Assembly: GCF_009914755.1 (NCBI RefSeq)
Contig: NC_060927.1
Source of the DNA: the human T2T-CHM13v2.0 reference genome, Homo sapiens
Reading direction: 5' to 3' (one strand)
DNA length: 64,000 nucleotides
A program made the position numbers and the translations under genes. The notes beneath the pieces are model-generated. The model was not told the origin of the DNA. It did not search any database and worked only from the letters and a program-made list of their open reading frames with translations. Below are positions 43,561-58,106 of this stretch, in pieces. Numbering within the stretch: position 1 is the first letter of the stretch; every line of letters starts with the position of its first letter.

Positions 43561-44849
43561 CAAGCACATTGTTTACAAGCCTATTCCAGCTTTTACTTCC
43601 CCCTGGACCTTTCTGGCTGAAGCCCTCATGTTCAGCCAAGGATTTGTGGATAACTCCTGAGAATGTGCACAGCCTTGGGCAGCCTTCCAAATCATCATGG
43701 ATAAGTAAGAGTTTACCAAGTCCCACTATGGCTATCTCTCTGTTAAATTTCTCACTGGTTTGCTGACTTCTTGCTGGTATTCTGCTTCTTACTAAAACCA
43801 GGATCATAATGTTGGGCTAGCTGCAACATTTGTTTGCCAACCATATGTGATAACAAACACCCGAGGGTGTGGGGTTTTCTGCTCCCCTCTCCAAACCAAG
43901 TCAGCCCCCGCCAGCAGCTAAATTCATCTTAGCTGAGTAGGAATTGCCCTATTCTGTCCAAGCTATCACATGATGGGACTGTGGGAGGTAGAAGGGAAGC
44001 AGCCCAGGTTAATACAGCACAGACTCTCATTGTTTGTACCCAGAGTTTAGTAGATCTTCTTAAATAAACACTAATCAATTTTCTGAATGTCCTTGGTCAA
44101 TTCTGAGATTTCTCAAGTGGTTGATTTTTAGAGTCTTGTTTAGTGTTATTATTATTTTGAGAGGAAGAGGATTTGCTATATTCTTCACTCTACCATTCTG
44201 AAAGTCCCAATTTCTAGACACTAACTAAAAAAGAGCCATTGCCCCATTGCAACTTGCAGCTGGACTGTCATCAGTGAAAGGAGAGAGGCAGGGAAGTCTC
44301 CAGAAATGTTCATTCTACACAGGTAGGATGGGACTACATGGAGCAGAAATTTACAACAAATTAGTTTCTTCTTCCCTTTAAGCATATTTGTTGTCTACAT
44401 TTTCTCAAAGTCTCATAGTAAAAGAGAAAAGTAGAATTGCCTAAACCTGTATTTTTACAGAATAAAGGAAGAGTTCAAAATTCCAGATAAAATAACCCAT
44501 CCATCAAGATGCAAATTGCTACAATTGAAGATTACCCTGTACACACAGAGAAAAAGGCTCACCTATTATGATTGTCCATAGATTATATCAATTCATTTTA
44601 AATATTTAGGAAGTTCTTTTTTTACTTTATAAATCTATAAGCCCATTATTATCAGTTTCCAGACCTTTTACTTCTCTGACTTGAAAACCACTGCTACTTA
44701 TAATACAATCCAGTTAAAGGATGATAAATGTAATCTTTCACTATTGACTTCAGGCTATTGTGGTACAAAATAACTCTATCTATTTTCCCATCTATTCTTT
44801 CACCTGCACATGCCCACGAACACAATTACAAGATAGATACCCTTTCTTC

Positions 44850-45305
44850 CAGAGGCTACAAACCAGTAACCTCTGGCTGAAAAATAGGCTTTATTTAGCT
44901 CTCATTGTACCTTTTAAAACACTGAGCTGACAAAATCTACATATTTTACACAAAAATATGAGTACCTGCCTTTTCTTGAGAAAGAATCTGGTGATAGTTC
45001 ATAATGACTTTTCTTTTCAGACAGTGCAAGTAATTTCCAATATTTTACAGTCCCCCTGCCTCTATTGTCTTCCTAATGCTGACGATGAATGTCAGCTATC
45101 ATCAATTATTTCATTTGTATTATTTTTCTTTTTGTGGTAGGAAAATATTTTTCTGTAAAAATGTCTTTATGTTAAATACATTTTGAATTAAAAATTGAAA
45201 GGAAAAGTAGAAACTAAGATTATCCTTTTGATTATCCTTCACCCAGTCTTCTGTACTCATTAACACTACTTGCCAGTACCCCTATAGGCATTTGAGTTTG
45301 TTGTG
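44850..45305. mobile_element. hAT-Charlie-type relic (MER102-like)
   Basis: Begins cagaggctacaaacc and ends ggcatttgagtttg, a terminus also seen at ~58,545-58,570. Confidence 0.4.
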
Positions 45306-45508
45306 TCTGTTTTCATCCTTAGATTAGAACCGAATAATCTCTTGATATAAAAATAATTCAAGACTGCAAGGTTCTTGCTTATCAGATTGGCCTAGTCCAG
45401 AGATGATCAAGAAGCTGGCCAAAGGTCAATTGATTACCTACTATAGTGGGGAGGTGCTCAGATTCTTCTAGAGTCAGATTATTCAAGTTCAAATCCTCAC
45501 TTTGCCAC

Positions 45509-46187
45509 TGTTAGGGTTCAAAAAGCGATGCCCCAAAATATGGTGGTTTGACATGCTGGCCGGGAGAAGCAGCCTTAAGTTCTCTCTAACCTTCTACCTC
45601 CAGCCCCCTCCCTCTGACCCCTGCCTCCTTATGCCTCTGATCCTCTTTCCCAAAGAACTAAGAGGGACCCTCTTTGGAATTTCTTTATCTGACTAACAAA
45701 TTTTCCTTCTTAAGACAATGCAATTTTCTTAAGACCTCTTACCTAGGAATCTCATCAAATAACCAGGAAAGATTAACCACTGGAGAAGAGACGGGGTCAT
45801 GATTACAACCAGACAGACTTTTCATATATTATTTTGAGGACAGCTCTGAGAGACTACCTGGGGACTTTATCTTCATAATAAGACAACCTTTGTTCTTGTG
45901 AAGTTCTGCCCCTCTCCGTCCTGGAACCTTGTCATCCAGCTTCCAAAGAGAATCATTTACAAAATAATGTCTGCCTTCTATGTCCATACATCTCTCCTCT
46001 ATGAAGACAGCATTTAAAAATCAAACATCTGACTCCTCCTTAAGTCTCATATTTTGTGTGTAGCTTCTGTGTTTATGCATGTTGAATACATTTTATATGC
46101 CTTTTTCTTCTATTAATCTGCCTTTTATCAGCTCATTTTCAGCAAATCCTCAGTGGACAGAGATGAAGCGTTCCCTTCACTCCTACA
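45509..46187 (+). mobile_element. ERV1 solo LTR (MER34/MER39-like) inserted into a MIR
   Basis: TG...CA ends (tgttagggttca...ctcctaca), 4-bp TSD ccac / ctac; MIR halves at ~45,440-45,508 and 46,188-46,327. Confidence 0.75.
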
Positions 46188-46328
46188 CTACCTACGGATT
46201 TTGTGATCTTTGGTAAATTACTTAATGTCTCTGAGATTCTATTGTTCTATCTATAAAAGGCAGATAATAATAGTATCCACATTATAGGGTCGTTTGAGAG
46301 TGAAATTAAGTGCCCAGAATAGTGCTTG

Positions 46329-47120
46329 TGTGATATAATAAGAAATATATTTGGTCTTTGTTCCTAGTTTTTGTTGCAGGGCTTCTGAAATTTTTGGAAG
46401 TCCTGAGTGATAGGAACGTCTTTCATTATTCATAATGATCCCCTTTATAATAACACGTGAGTTCATGCTAATGAGGTGAGTTAGATAACCCTAGATAACC
46501 GCAGGATGGGGCCAGTCCCCAGAAAGACCAAGTGATTAAGGGATTAGAGGGTTGGAACTTTCAGCCTTGTTGACCAACCTCCAGGAAATGGAGTGGGGTC
46601 TAGAGATTAAGCTCTCCAAAGCTGTCGAACAAGATTTGACAAGCTTCACAGTTGCTGAATGTGTAGAGGAGCTGGGAGGATGGGATGCCCCTCACGTCTC
46701 TACTCAGCCTGTGCATCTCTTCCATCTGGCTGTCCTTGAGTGCTGCCCTTTATAATAAATGGGTAATTGTAAGCAAAGTGTTTCCCTGAGTTCTGTGAGC
46801 CATTCTAGCAAATTATTGAACCTGAGAGGGGGTCATGGGAACCTCCAATTTATTGTTGGTCAGTCAGAAATATGGGGGGCCCAGACTTGAGATTGGCGTC
46901 TGAAATGAGAGCAGTCGTATGGGACTGAGCCTTCAACTTGTAAGGGCTATTCAGGTAGACAGTGTCAAAATCGAATTGAATTGTGGAAGACCCAGTTGAT
47001 ATCTGCTGGAGAGCTGCTTGAAGTATGTGTAAAGACCCGTACACATCTGGCCACAAAAATATTCTGTGCTGAGAGTATAGTAGGACAGAACAGTCTGTTG
47101 GTTTGTGTGTTTCCCAGTCT
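46329..47120. mobile_element. MER21-like LTR
   Basis: tgtgatataataagaaatatatttggtctttg; accaagtgattaagggattagagggttggaactttcagcc; gtgtttccctgagttctgtgagccattctagcaaatt. Confidence 0.8.
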
Positions 47121-47477
47121 TGTAAGTAGTAAACACTATATACATGTTTGCTATTATTATTATAAGAAAGCAACTGCCCCCTAGAAACACTCCTGTATGG
47201 TACAGTGTTAATGAAATTGACAACTGTCCTTTGTGAAAATAGTCTATCCCCAGAATACATATGTCATGCCATACCTTTATTGACTCCAATAGGGATGACA
47301 CTGTGTCCAAGGGCTGAAGAAGAGACCTGGAGACGTGAACAAGACATAATGCTTATCAGGGGAACTTACATACAAAGACAACTTGGAAAAGAAACAACAT
47401 GCATTTTGCTGCTTTTAAACTGTTCACTTAGAGAATAAAACTATCTACCAAAGTATAAAACACAAAACAACACAGAA

Positions 47478-47648
47478 GCCAGGTATGGTGGCATGTGCTT
47501 ATAGTCTCAGCTATTCAGGAGGCTAAGGAGGGAGGCTCACTTCAAACCAAGAGTTCAAGGCTGCAGTGAGCGATGAACTCACCTGTGAATAGTCAGTGTA
47601 CTCCAGCCTGGGCAACATAGTGAGACCCTCAACTCTTAAAAAAAAAAA
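47478..47648 (+). mobile_element. FAM-like fossil Alu monomer
   Basis: Monomer retaining the 7SL-derived cctgtgaatag segment, followed by poly-A. Confidence 0.8.
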
Positions 47649-49579
47649 GCAACTCATATGTGTGAGCAGAGCAATATAAGGATTCCATAAATGTATGAAT
47701 CAGTGCAAATTTTCAACCAAGCATGACTCAGAGAAAAGAATATAGACTAAAAGAATGTAAAGGTAAAAGACCGGTCTATTACTTCTGAATTCTCATGCTC
47801 ACTGCTCGTGTAACCCAGGACAAATCAGTGCTACCCTCTAGGACCAGTAATTAAAGTGATTAGGTTAGACTGAAAAGTTTCCTTTTGACTCTGTCTAAAA
47901 CTTAATACAAAGAATATCAAAGACAATCAAAAGGTTTGTTGCTACATTCCATAACAGTTATGGTTTAAATTATTAGAAAAGTCCTAAGGTTTTTATTCTA
48001 ATAGTATTTATTATGACAGAATATAGAGTAAAATCTCAATTAGCATAAGGTAGAATTAAACATGGAAACTTCCTGGAGTTTTAACCCAGGAAAGGGTAGA
48101 TAATTTGATTAAAACTCCAAACCTCCTCTAGAAAAATACACAAACACATTTTGCATAAAATTTAAAAGATTCACTGATGCTTAGAAAGATTTAATTCTGA
48201 GAAAAACTGGGATTCAAACATGAGGAGAAGAAGAAAGGAGGAGTTACCCTAATTAACTGGTTACCTAGCCAATAGAAAAGAAGGATATCCAGGCGGCTCT
48301 TGGTTTAAAATCTAAATGCATTGTATTTGACAGCCACTTTATAATAGAATTAAACTTTTTATGGCTAGTCTCCAACTTAAACTCTGAGGTCTCTTGAAAC
48401 TAGAAAGTGAATACAGCTTTTCTACTCATAGTTAAGCTTTTAAAAATATTAACAGAATCTTTTCATTCATTCATTAGGAAAAGGAAGTGGTTTTTCATTT
48501 TCATTCGCAAACCAGTTTCCTGTTCACGCTTAAAAAAATAAATAAATAAATTTGGCATAAGGAATGATGAGGTGCCCTCTTCTGTTTCTAAACAGTTAAT
48601 GCAGGGTTTTTGAATACTAGCAATTTGAAGGATTTTGCATTAAACTTTGAACACAGCAAGATTTTAAAATCTGAAAGAATTTCTGTTGACCTCCAGTGAT
48701 TGGAATACCTCTTTATGCAGCAGAAGTTCCTCTTTGCCAATTAAAAAGTCCTCATTTCTCTCTGTGTAATAGCACACCCTGTTCCTGGCTGAGAAGAAAA
48801 CAAAATTAACCTTGGGCTGGCGGCTGTGCTGCCTGATTTCCCTGGGCGAGTGAATGAGCTCACCAAATGTATAAATAATGTGCCCAAGTCTCCTTGTTGC
48901 TCAGTTTTTTCGTATTCATTGAACAGAAGCCTTGAGCGCAATTCCAAACTGCTAATGTGTTAATACTTTCACCAGAGCTTGACTCCAGTTGCTGAAAAAA
49001 CAAATATAAAACAGTAAACCCAGAAGGATGACCCAAACTTCCTGTTCTTTATTGGCAGAATTTTGCTGTGCAACTTACAAAGTTTGACAAATTATGCAAA
49101 GAAGCAAATGTAAAAGGACAGCTCTGAGATCCAAATTGAGGTGCTGTAGCACAGTTGCTTTAGTGGAACTACCACTGGGCTGCTGCCAGTCGCATCTGGG
49201 CAGGAAGGAAATGCAAATTAAAAGGAAAAATTAGGCCATTTTAGAGCAAAGTGAATTTTCAGCAAAAGCTCAGTGCTAACACTGAAAAATAAAGAAGGTA
49301 TTATTCAGTTTTAAATCAGATTGATTAATTCTTTCTCTTGGTTATTCCAAAGTGCTTCTTTCGCTCTTCCCCGAGACACTGAGGTGTTTTGATAACGACT
49401 CATTATTTCTGTAGCACCAGTTCTTATCTTTGTTACTTCATTCAACCTCTTTTCATCTCATTCAACCACAGAAAGTGATTTTGACCTTTTACAAGACCCA
49501 TAACCTTTACTGAAATCAAAGCTAATTGCTTTTCTTTTTAAATGTCTTTTAATCACCTTCAAAACTAAACAAATAACTT

Positions 49580-49990
49580 CAATCTAGAAAAATCAGACCT
49601 TGGAATCAGAATGAATGTTAGACATCCCTCTACTGCTTAGCAGTCCTGTGAACCTGAGATTCCTCAGCTATTAGGTCCAGAAATACCTGTCTCATTTATG
49701 TCACCAAATAGTTGTTAGGATAAAATGAGATTACATATGGAAATATACTTTAATAGCATTTATTGAGTACTTAATATGTATTAGGCACTATTCTTAGCCC
49801 TTATTACTTACTAACTCATTTACTCTTCACAAGAAATTCAAGAGAGAGAATTTTATCCCTACTTTACAGATAAGAAAACTGAGGCAGAGAAACTAAGTAA
49901 CCTGCCTAAAGTCTCCTAGCTACTAAATCTGAAATTCAAACCCAGGTAGTCTGACTCCAGAGCTCACACTCTACAACCATATACACCACC
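49580..49990. mobile_element. Two adjacent MIRs in opposite orientation (+ at ~49,580-49,745; - at ~49,750-49,990)
   Basis: gttgttaggataaaatgagat, then tttacagataagaaaactgaggcagag...ttcaaacccaggtagtctgactccagag. Confidence 0.7.
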
Positions 49991-51944
49991 TTCCAGTGTG
50001 GATATGAGTGTGGTTATTCATTCATTAATTTATCAGCTGTCTATTGAACATCTACCATGTGCCACACACTCTGTTGGATTATTAATGGAAAATAATCAAA
50101 TCTATAGGATTCACTCTTTACTATCTTCACTCTTTTTGCCCTATAGGAAATGAAGAGGAAAGGGTATAGGAAGAGAAAAGAAAGAAAACTCTAAACCTAT
50201 CATTAAGAACATTTGCAAAATAGTCACATAGAGCCTTAAGATGCCACAGTTCAAATGAGAGGACTCCTCCTCTCCGGCATAGACCCAGTCACCACGGATA
50301 AGACTTGGGAGTGAGGAGACAATGGCGCAAAGCAGACCCCAACCTCTCCACAGGCAGGGGCAGAGGGATGATGGGAGAAGCACAGACAAGATGAGTCAGG
50401 ACCAGAGGCTTGAGCTCATTGAATGGCAGAGTCACGGAGTGGCAAACTCCAAACCCCCATGGCTAATCCTCACCGTTCTTCACTAGGTTTCTGCAAGACC
50501 TAAGAAAACTTCTGCAAAAGCACTTCCTTGACTGTGAATTTATCTGCAATGTCAGAGGTAATGTAAAACCATAAGAAGGTGACTCCTATTGACCTCCAGT
50601 CCCAACAAGGACTCCAAAATTGATAGCTGCGTATGAAAGACATAGATATTTAATCTGCACATATGTATTTAATTTTTTAAATGGGGGAAGAGAGGCTCAA
50701 GTCCTAGAATTCACTGATAATCATCTATAAACAATTATTATTTAGAAGATAATTAATAGTTTTAACACTAATAGGCCTTTTTCTTCCAAAGCAGTCTTCT
50801 CCAGAAACTTCAAGTAAGTTTAAATTCATTAGTTAATCACCTTCTTCTGTAATAAGCAGTCACTGTTATTATTTATCCTATTTTTAAGAAAGAAAAAATT
50901 TAAATAAAGCAAGAATAATTGAGACATTTAGGCATTTCTATAAAAAGCCACAGCATGTCACCTGCCAGGAAGAACGCCTCTATAAGGCAACATGCACATT
51001 TTCTTTCACTTGAAGGTATCAGTTCCTCTTTGAAGACGCTAGCTAAATATGGACTCTATCCTCTTCCATAATCTACCCCTCTAATAAATACTTACAGCAT
51101 TAACTTGGAAAGCTCAACACCCCTCTCTCATCATACCCTTAGCCCATCTTCTAGGACACCCAGAAAGGGGAGGATCATAGGGCCGATTGTTATCAATCAG
51201 TTCTCTATCACACACCAAACACAACACAGACACACATACACACTGTGTATGAATGCTTACACACCCTCCTGACCCTGAACTTGCTGGTAATTTTCATGGA
51301 CATAGATGAAATGAATAAGAGGTTCACTAAATTAATGGCTGTCAATTGGGCCAACCAACAGTAGTCCCGGGCCCCTGAGTTCAGATGTTTACTCAAAAAA
51401 ACAATTTCAAAATCATTTCAGAAGTGAAAGAGTAGACAGAAGTGACTACAGACATTTTTCAAAAGTAAAGTAAAAGACTGAAGAGTGTGTACGATTGCAA
51501 AATGGAGAAGAAAGAGAAGCTCCATTGTGTTTGTTTTTCTCCCCAGCAGGGCTGTCATTTAAGTCGTCAAAGGGTAATGGAAGTCATCAATAACGTGGCA
51601 GTGCCTGGAAACTTTTCATATTCAGCTTTGGAAAGACAGATTGGCTCTAGGAGGCTCCATATATCAAGGGAGATTTAGGTCTTATCTGAAAAGGCACTTC
51701 CAAACAGAAAGTCTGGCTACCAAGGCTTAACAAGAGAAAGGTGTAAATTCTGTAAATTCGTGAGACATATTCTTGCAAAGGCTGAACTAAGTGACATAGG
51801 ATCACAGATTCCCAGAAAATATTTTAAGGATGTAGATTCTTATTCCAGGTGGATTCCAGTAATAATCCCTATAATCTTTCATTGAAAGTTCCCAGTGTCC
51901 AGAAGGTCACTACCAAGGCAGTCTTACATTTTTTGAATACTAAG

Positions 51945-52915
<971 letters not shown>

Positions 52916-53899
52916 TGAGCTTAAACCCAATATTTTTCATTTGTTTCACAGGACTACACTTTCTTATGTAATCTCAATACTGAAATCCTGCACATATTCC
53001 TGATATTTTTCCAAGTAAAATGTACCTGGGAAGATAGTTAATATGCTGAATCTAAATTTTAATGCTATTTGAAATAATCAATTAGATAAAATATTTTGTC
53101 AATTTTGTCCTTTGGGAACATAACTAAAAGGTACATAAACTTTGATGTCTAAGTGAGCATGTTTTATATATTACACAAATCAGCATTGTCAAAGTTATAT
53201 TTGGATTTTTATTAGGATAGGAGCAAATATAATTCAAAGGCAACCTTTCAGGTCCTGACCCTGGTTCTGCCTGACAGGCAAAATCCTAACAGCCTAAGAA
53301 TATTCTTAGGCATTATTTTATTTTTAGGTGAAACTTTTCCTTGCTATTATTATAGTCTTTTAAAAATGATTTACTCTTTTAAAATTTAATTATTTTATAT
53401 ACATTTTCTCATTTTTGATCAGAGACCATCCTATCAATATTATTTATAAACCCCAATGTCACAGGTTATATAGACAATTACAAGATCCTCTTCTGAAAAA
53501 AGTAAGAGACAAAACAGATTCAGTTTTCAAGCAGGATCAAATGACAGGAGAAACAGTGTCCACCTAGCAGAATAGTGAAGTGGGAAGTAGAAACTCCAAG
53601 TGCAGGTATGAGTCAGGAACAAGACATGAAGCAAGATCAAATTGCCTGAGGTGAAACTACTGCTCAGCTCTGCTTATCAGCAATGTCGTGGCCAGTGATA
53701 TGATATGCCCAACAGGAGTGAGGCCTCCCCATGGGCAAGGACAAGTGTCCATATCAGATTCAGCTGTGACAACTAGAATAGAGTCTTCACTTGTCCCTGA
53801 TCCAAGCAGAGAAACTTAGAAGGAAACTAGTTCAAGAGCCAGATGTTCAGACACTCCAAAAAAAGGTTTATTAAAATAAAATAGAAGATAATATTATCA

Positions 53900-54180
53900 A
53901 CATTTGTTTAACTTTAGTTTTTAAATAATTACAGGTTCACATGAAGTCACAAAAATAGTTTAAAGAGGTCCCATATACCCATCAGTCAGTTTTCTCCAAA
54001 GGTAACAATTTATAAAACAATAGTATAATTTCAAAATCGAGAAATTGACATTGGTACAACCTACAGACCTTATTCAGATTTCACCTGTTTTATTTTCATT
54101 CACTCATTTGTATGTGTTTCTGTGTATGTGTATAGTTCTGTGTAATTTTACCACATAGGTAGATTTTTATATATTATCAA
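53900..54180 (-). mobile_element. Old L1M 3' end fragment
   Basis: aaataattacaggttcacatgaagt ... aaattgacattggtacaac ... cttattcagatttcacc. Confidence 0.6.
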
Positions 54181-56016
54181 GCTTTAAATTTCATGAATAT
54201 GGTAAACTACTTTTTAAACTCCCATGTTGTTGGTGAGTTTATTAAAATAGCATTGTAGTGAAATTCAGCCTCACTACTAAAGACACCCTATTTAACATTT
54301 AAAAACATTCTTTCTGCCTTTTAAATCAGCAATAGTTTTTAAGTGATAGTATTCAACTTTAGAGTATGGTAAGCCTGGCATTCTCATACACTACTTTTAG
54401 GCATGAAAATTAGTACCATCTTTCTGGAAACAAATATTTATCAAGGGGCTTTAAATGTTTGTATACTCTCTAATCTAGCAACTCCCCTTCTAGAAACATA
54501 TCCTAAGAAAACAATTAGAGAATTGGATGAATATTATGAGTTAATGTTCACTTAGTGTTACCTATACTAGCGAGGAATTAAAAATGGTCTAAATGTCAAA
54601 AAAAAAGGGATCAGTTGAATAAGTTAGAGCCCACTGAACCAATGTTATATTGTACAATAATTTAAAGGAGCATTTTTTCAGGAACATATAGCCTAAAGAA
54701 AATCCCCATAATAAAATTTTAAGTAAAAACAGCCACTATAGCTCATAGTTTACATTAGTTTTGTGGACATATGTGTTTTAAAAGCTCTGGACCTCTGTTT
54801 CTGGGAGGAAGGCAATGTGCTTTTTCCTATTCCTACTGCTAATATAACTAAAAGCCCTGGATATTATATGTAAAACAAACGTAAGAATACTCAAAAAGGA
54901 GGAGAAAAGAAGGCAGACCCTGAGGTCTGGCTAGGAAACTCAAGACTTGAGGAATGACATGTTGAGTACCTTGGTCTTTCTGTTTTTATATATCCCAGAC
55001 TCAGAGCTAAAGAAGACAGCCATACAGTAAACACCAAGTGTAGATTTTTTTTCTTAAAGCCCCAAAATGCATGCTGTCTAGCCAAAGGACCAGGAAAGGA
55101 GCAGGCAAGCAAGACAGAAAGTGTTTAGATAAAAATTGTTTTACTGCAGCCAAACACAACAGAAAAAAACTGTACCCCAATCCTGTCCATGCCAACAAAG
55201 GCTGAATGGGGAACCTAGATTTCCACCATCACCAGGCTATAATAATGTATCCCAACACCCCTACCAGTGTTGCATCAGAGAAGGCCAAGTGGGGAGCCTG
55301 AACTCTTATCCCCACTGGCCAGTAATGAGCTCCCTACCATCCCCACTGGTGAATGTGAGAGGAGGCAAACCACTGAATCAGAATTTTCACCAATGTCCAG
55401 AGGTAATGAGGCCACCTTCCTCCCATAGTGTCAGTGAAGACTATGTGAGGAGTAACAAGGCACTCCTACACCTTCCAGATAGGCAGGTATCAGAAGAGAT
55501 CTAATGGGAGCCAGAATTTTCACCCTGACCAGCAGTAATAAGGAGCCCTCTCCTTAAGTGTCAACAGGTGTCAAGTGGGAAACCTGGACTTCCACCCCCA
55601 CCTGGCAGTAACAAGGCTCAGCTGCCCTTTCTCTGCTAAAGCAGTGTTTCAGAAAGCCAGCAAATACAGAAGGTTTAAATAAGATCCACACATTCTTACA
55701 ATACCATGAATATCCAGATTTTTATCAAAAGTCACCTGTCATATCAAGAAACAGGAAGATATCAAACTGAATGAAAAACATAATCAAGAGATGCCAACTG
55801 TGAGATGACAGAGATGGCAGAATTATCTGACAAATGTTTTAAAGCATCAGTCATAAAAATGTTTCAATGAGTAATAACAAACACACTTGAAACAAATGAA
55901 AATATTGAGGAAGGAGTCAGTGAAGAAACAGAATACATAAAGAAGTAAAATGAAAATTTTAGAACTTAAAAATGCAATAGCTAAAATGAAAAGACTCAGT
56001 GGATGAAGTCAGCAGC

Positions 56017-56369
56017 TGATATGGTTTGGCTGTGTCCCCACCCAAATCTCCTCTTGAATTCCCACATGTTGTGGGAAGGACCTGGTAGGAGGTAATTGAA
56101 TCATGGGGGCAGGTCTTTCCCGTGCTGTTCTGGTGAAAGTGAATAAGTCTCATGAGATCTGACAGTTTTATAAGAGGGAGTTTCCCCTGCACAAACCCCC
56201 TCTTTGCCTGCTGCCATCCACGTAAGATGTGACTTGCTCCTCCTTGCCTTCCACCATGATTGTGAGGCTTCCCCAGCCACGTGGAACTGTAAGTCCATTA
56301 AACCTTTCTTTTGCAAATTGCCCAGTCTTGGGTATGTCTTTATCAGCAGTGTGAAAATGGACCAATACA
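56017..56369 (+). mobile_element. THE1B-like solo LTR
   Basis: tgatatggtttggctgtgtcccc...ggaccaataca. Confidence 0.92.
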
Positions 56370-56479
56370 ATAGCATAATGGAAAGGACAGGGGAAAGAAT
56401 TCATGAAATGGAAGATAGAACAATAGAAATTATCCAGTTTGAACAACCTGAAGGAAATGTAATTTTAAGAAATAAATAT

Positions 56480-56820
<341 letters not shown>

Positions 56821-57092
56821 GAAAATAAATACAGCTTCAGAGATATTTGGGAAAAAACAAAAGAGGAAATATTAGTGTCATCAGAGTTTGGAAAAGAGAA
56901 GAAAGAAGTTGTGCTGAAAAAGGACTCAAAGAAATAATGACTAAAAACTTCTAAAATTTGGCAAAAGACATAAAGCTACAAATTCAAGAAGCTGATAAAA
57001 TCCTTAACAGGATAAACCAAAGAAATCTACACCAAGAGACATCATACTCAAACTTCCCAAAACAAAGAAAAATAATTAAAAGCAATGAGAGA

Positions 57093-57575
57093 AATGCAGT
57101 AGATTACATTGATTGACTTTTAGATATTAAACTAACGTTGCAATCATGGAATAACTTATGTCAGTTTATTGGAATTGTCCTTTTACTAGTACAAGTCCTT
57201 TTACTAGTGAAACTGTCCTTTTACTAGTACTAGTCCTTTTACTAGTAAAAGTATCTTTTTACTAGTACTACTTTCACTAGTAAAAGTTTGTCATTTGAAT
57301 GACTGAATGTTGAGTCACTCCTTTCTGACCATGGTTTCTTGTACTAGTGCTAGTAAAAGGACGTGTACTAGTAAAAGGACACTTTTACTAGTGAAAGTAA
57401 TACTAGTAAAAAGATACTTTTACTAGTAAAAGGACTAGTGCTAGTAAAAGGACACTTTCACTAGTAAAAGGACTTGTACTAGTAAAAGGACAATTCCAGT
57501 AAACTGACATAAGTTATTCCATGGTTGCAACGTTAGTTTAATATCTGAAAGTCAATAAATGTACTCTACTGCATT
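57093..57575. repeat. Long inverted repeat: 195-bp arms, 93-bp spacer, internal ACTAGT-unit array
   Basis: 57093-57287 is the reverse complement of 57381-57575 with 8 mismatches and no gaps (manual alignment). Confidence 0.95.
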
Positions 57576-58106
57576 AAGAGACTGAAAAGAAGAAACCATA
57601 TCAATCAATGCAGAAAAAGCATTTGACAAAAATCAACACTTAGTTATAATAAAAACTCTCAGAAAAAAAACAGGAATAAAGGAATCTTCTTTTACCTTGA
57701 TTAAAAAAAAATCTATTCAAAAAACTGCAGCTAACATTTTGCCTAACAGTGAAAGACTGAGTGTCTTTCCCTTAAGATTAGAAACAAGGCAACTCCACTA
57801 CTCTCATTCAACTCAGTGACGGAAGTTCAAACCAATACAACAAGGCAAGAAAAGGAAATACAAAGCATACAGAACTTGTAGGGAGAAATAAAACTGTCCC
57901 TATTTGCAGACGATGTGATTATCTACATAGAACATTTCATTGAATCTACTAAAAAATACTCCTAGAACTATTAAATGAGTTCAGCAAGTTTTCAGGATAC
58001 AAGATATATATATTAAAAATCAACTGTTTTTCTACATATTAGCAATGAATACATGGACACAAATTAGAAATATAAAGTCATTTACAACAACTCAAAAAAT
58101 GAAATA

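Noticed and set aside
46850-47310. 136-aa and 119-aa minus-strand ORFs
   Set aside because: They mostly overlap the MER21-like LTR and show no recognisable domain.
47478-47648. 7SL RNA gene
   Set aside because: Lacks the S domain and ends in poly-A; it is a fossil Alu monomer.
57176-57492. CRISPR-like repeat array
   Set aside because: Units are short, irregular and directly abutting, with no unique spacers and no cas genes; the DNA is primate.
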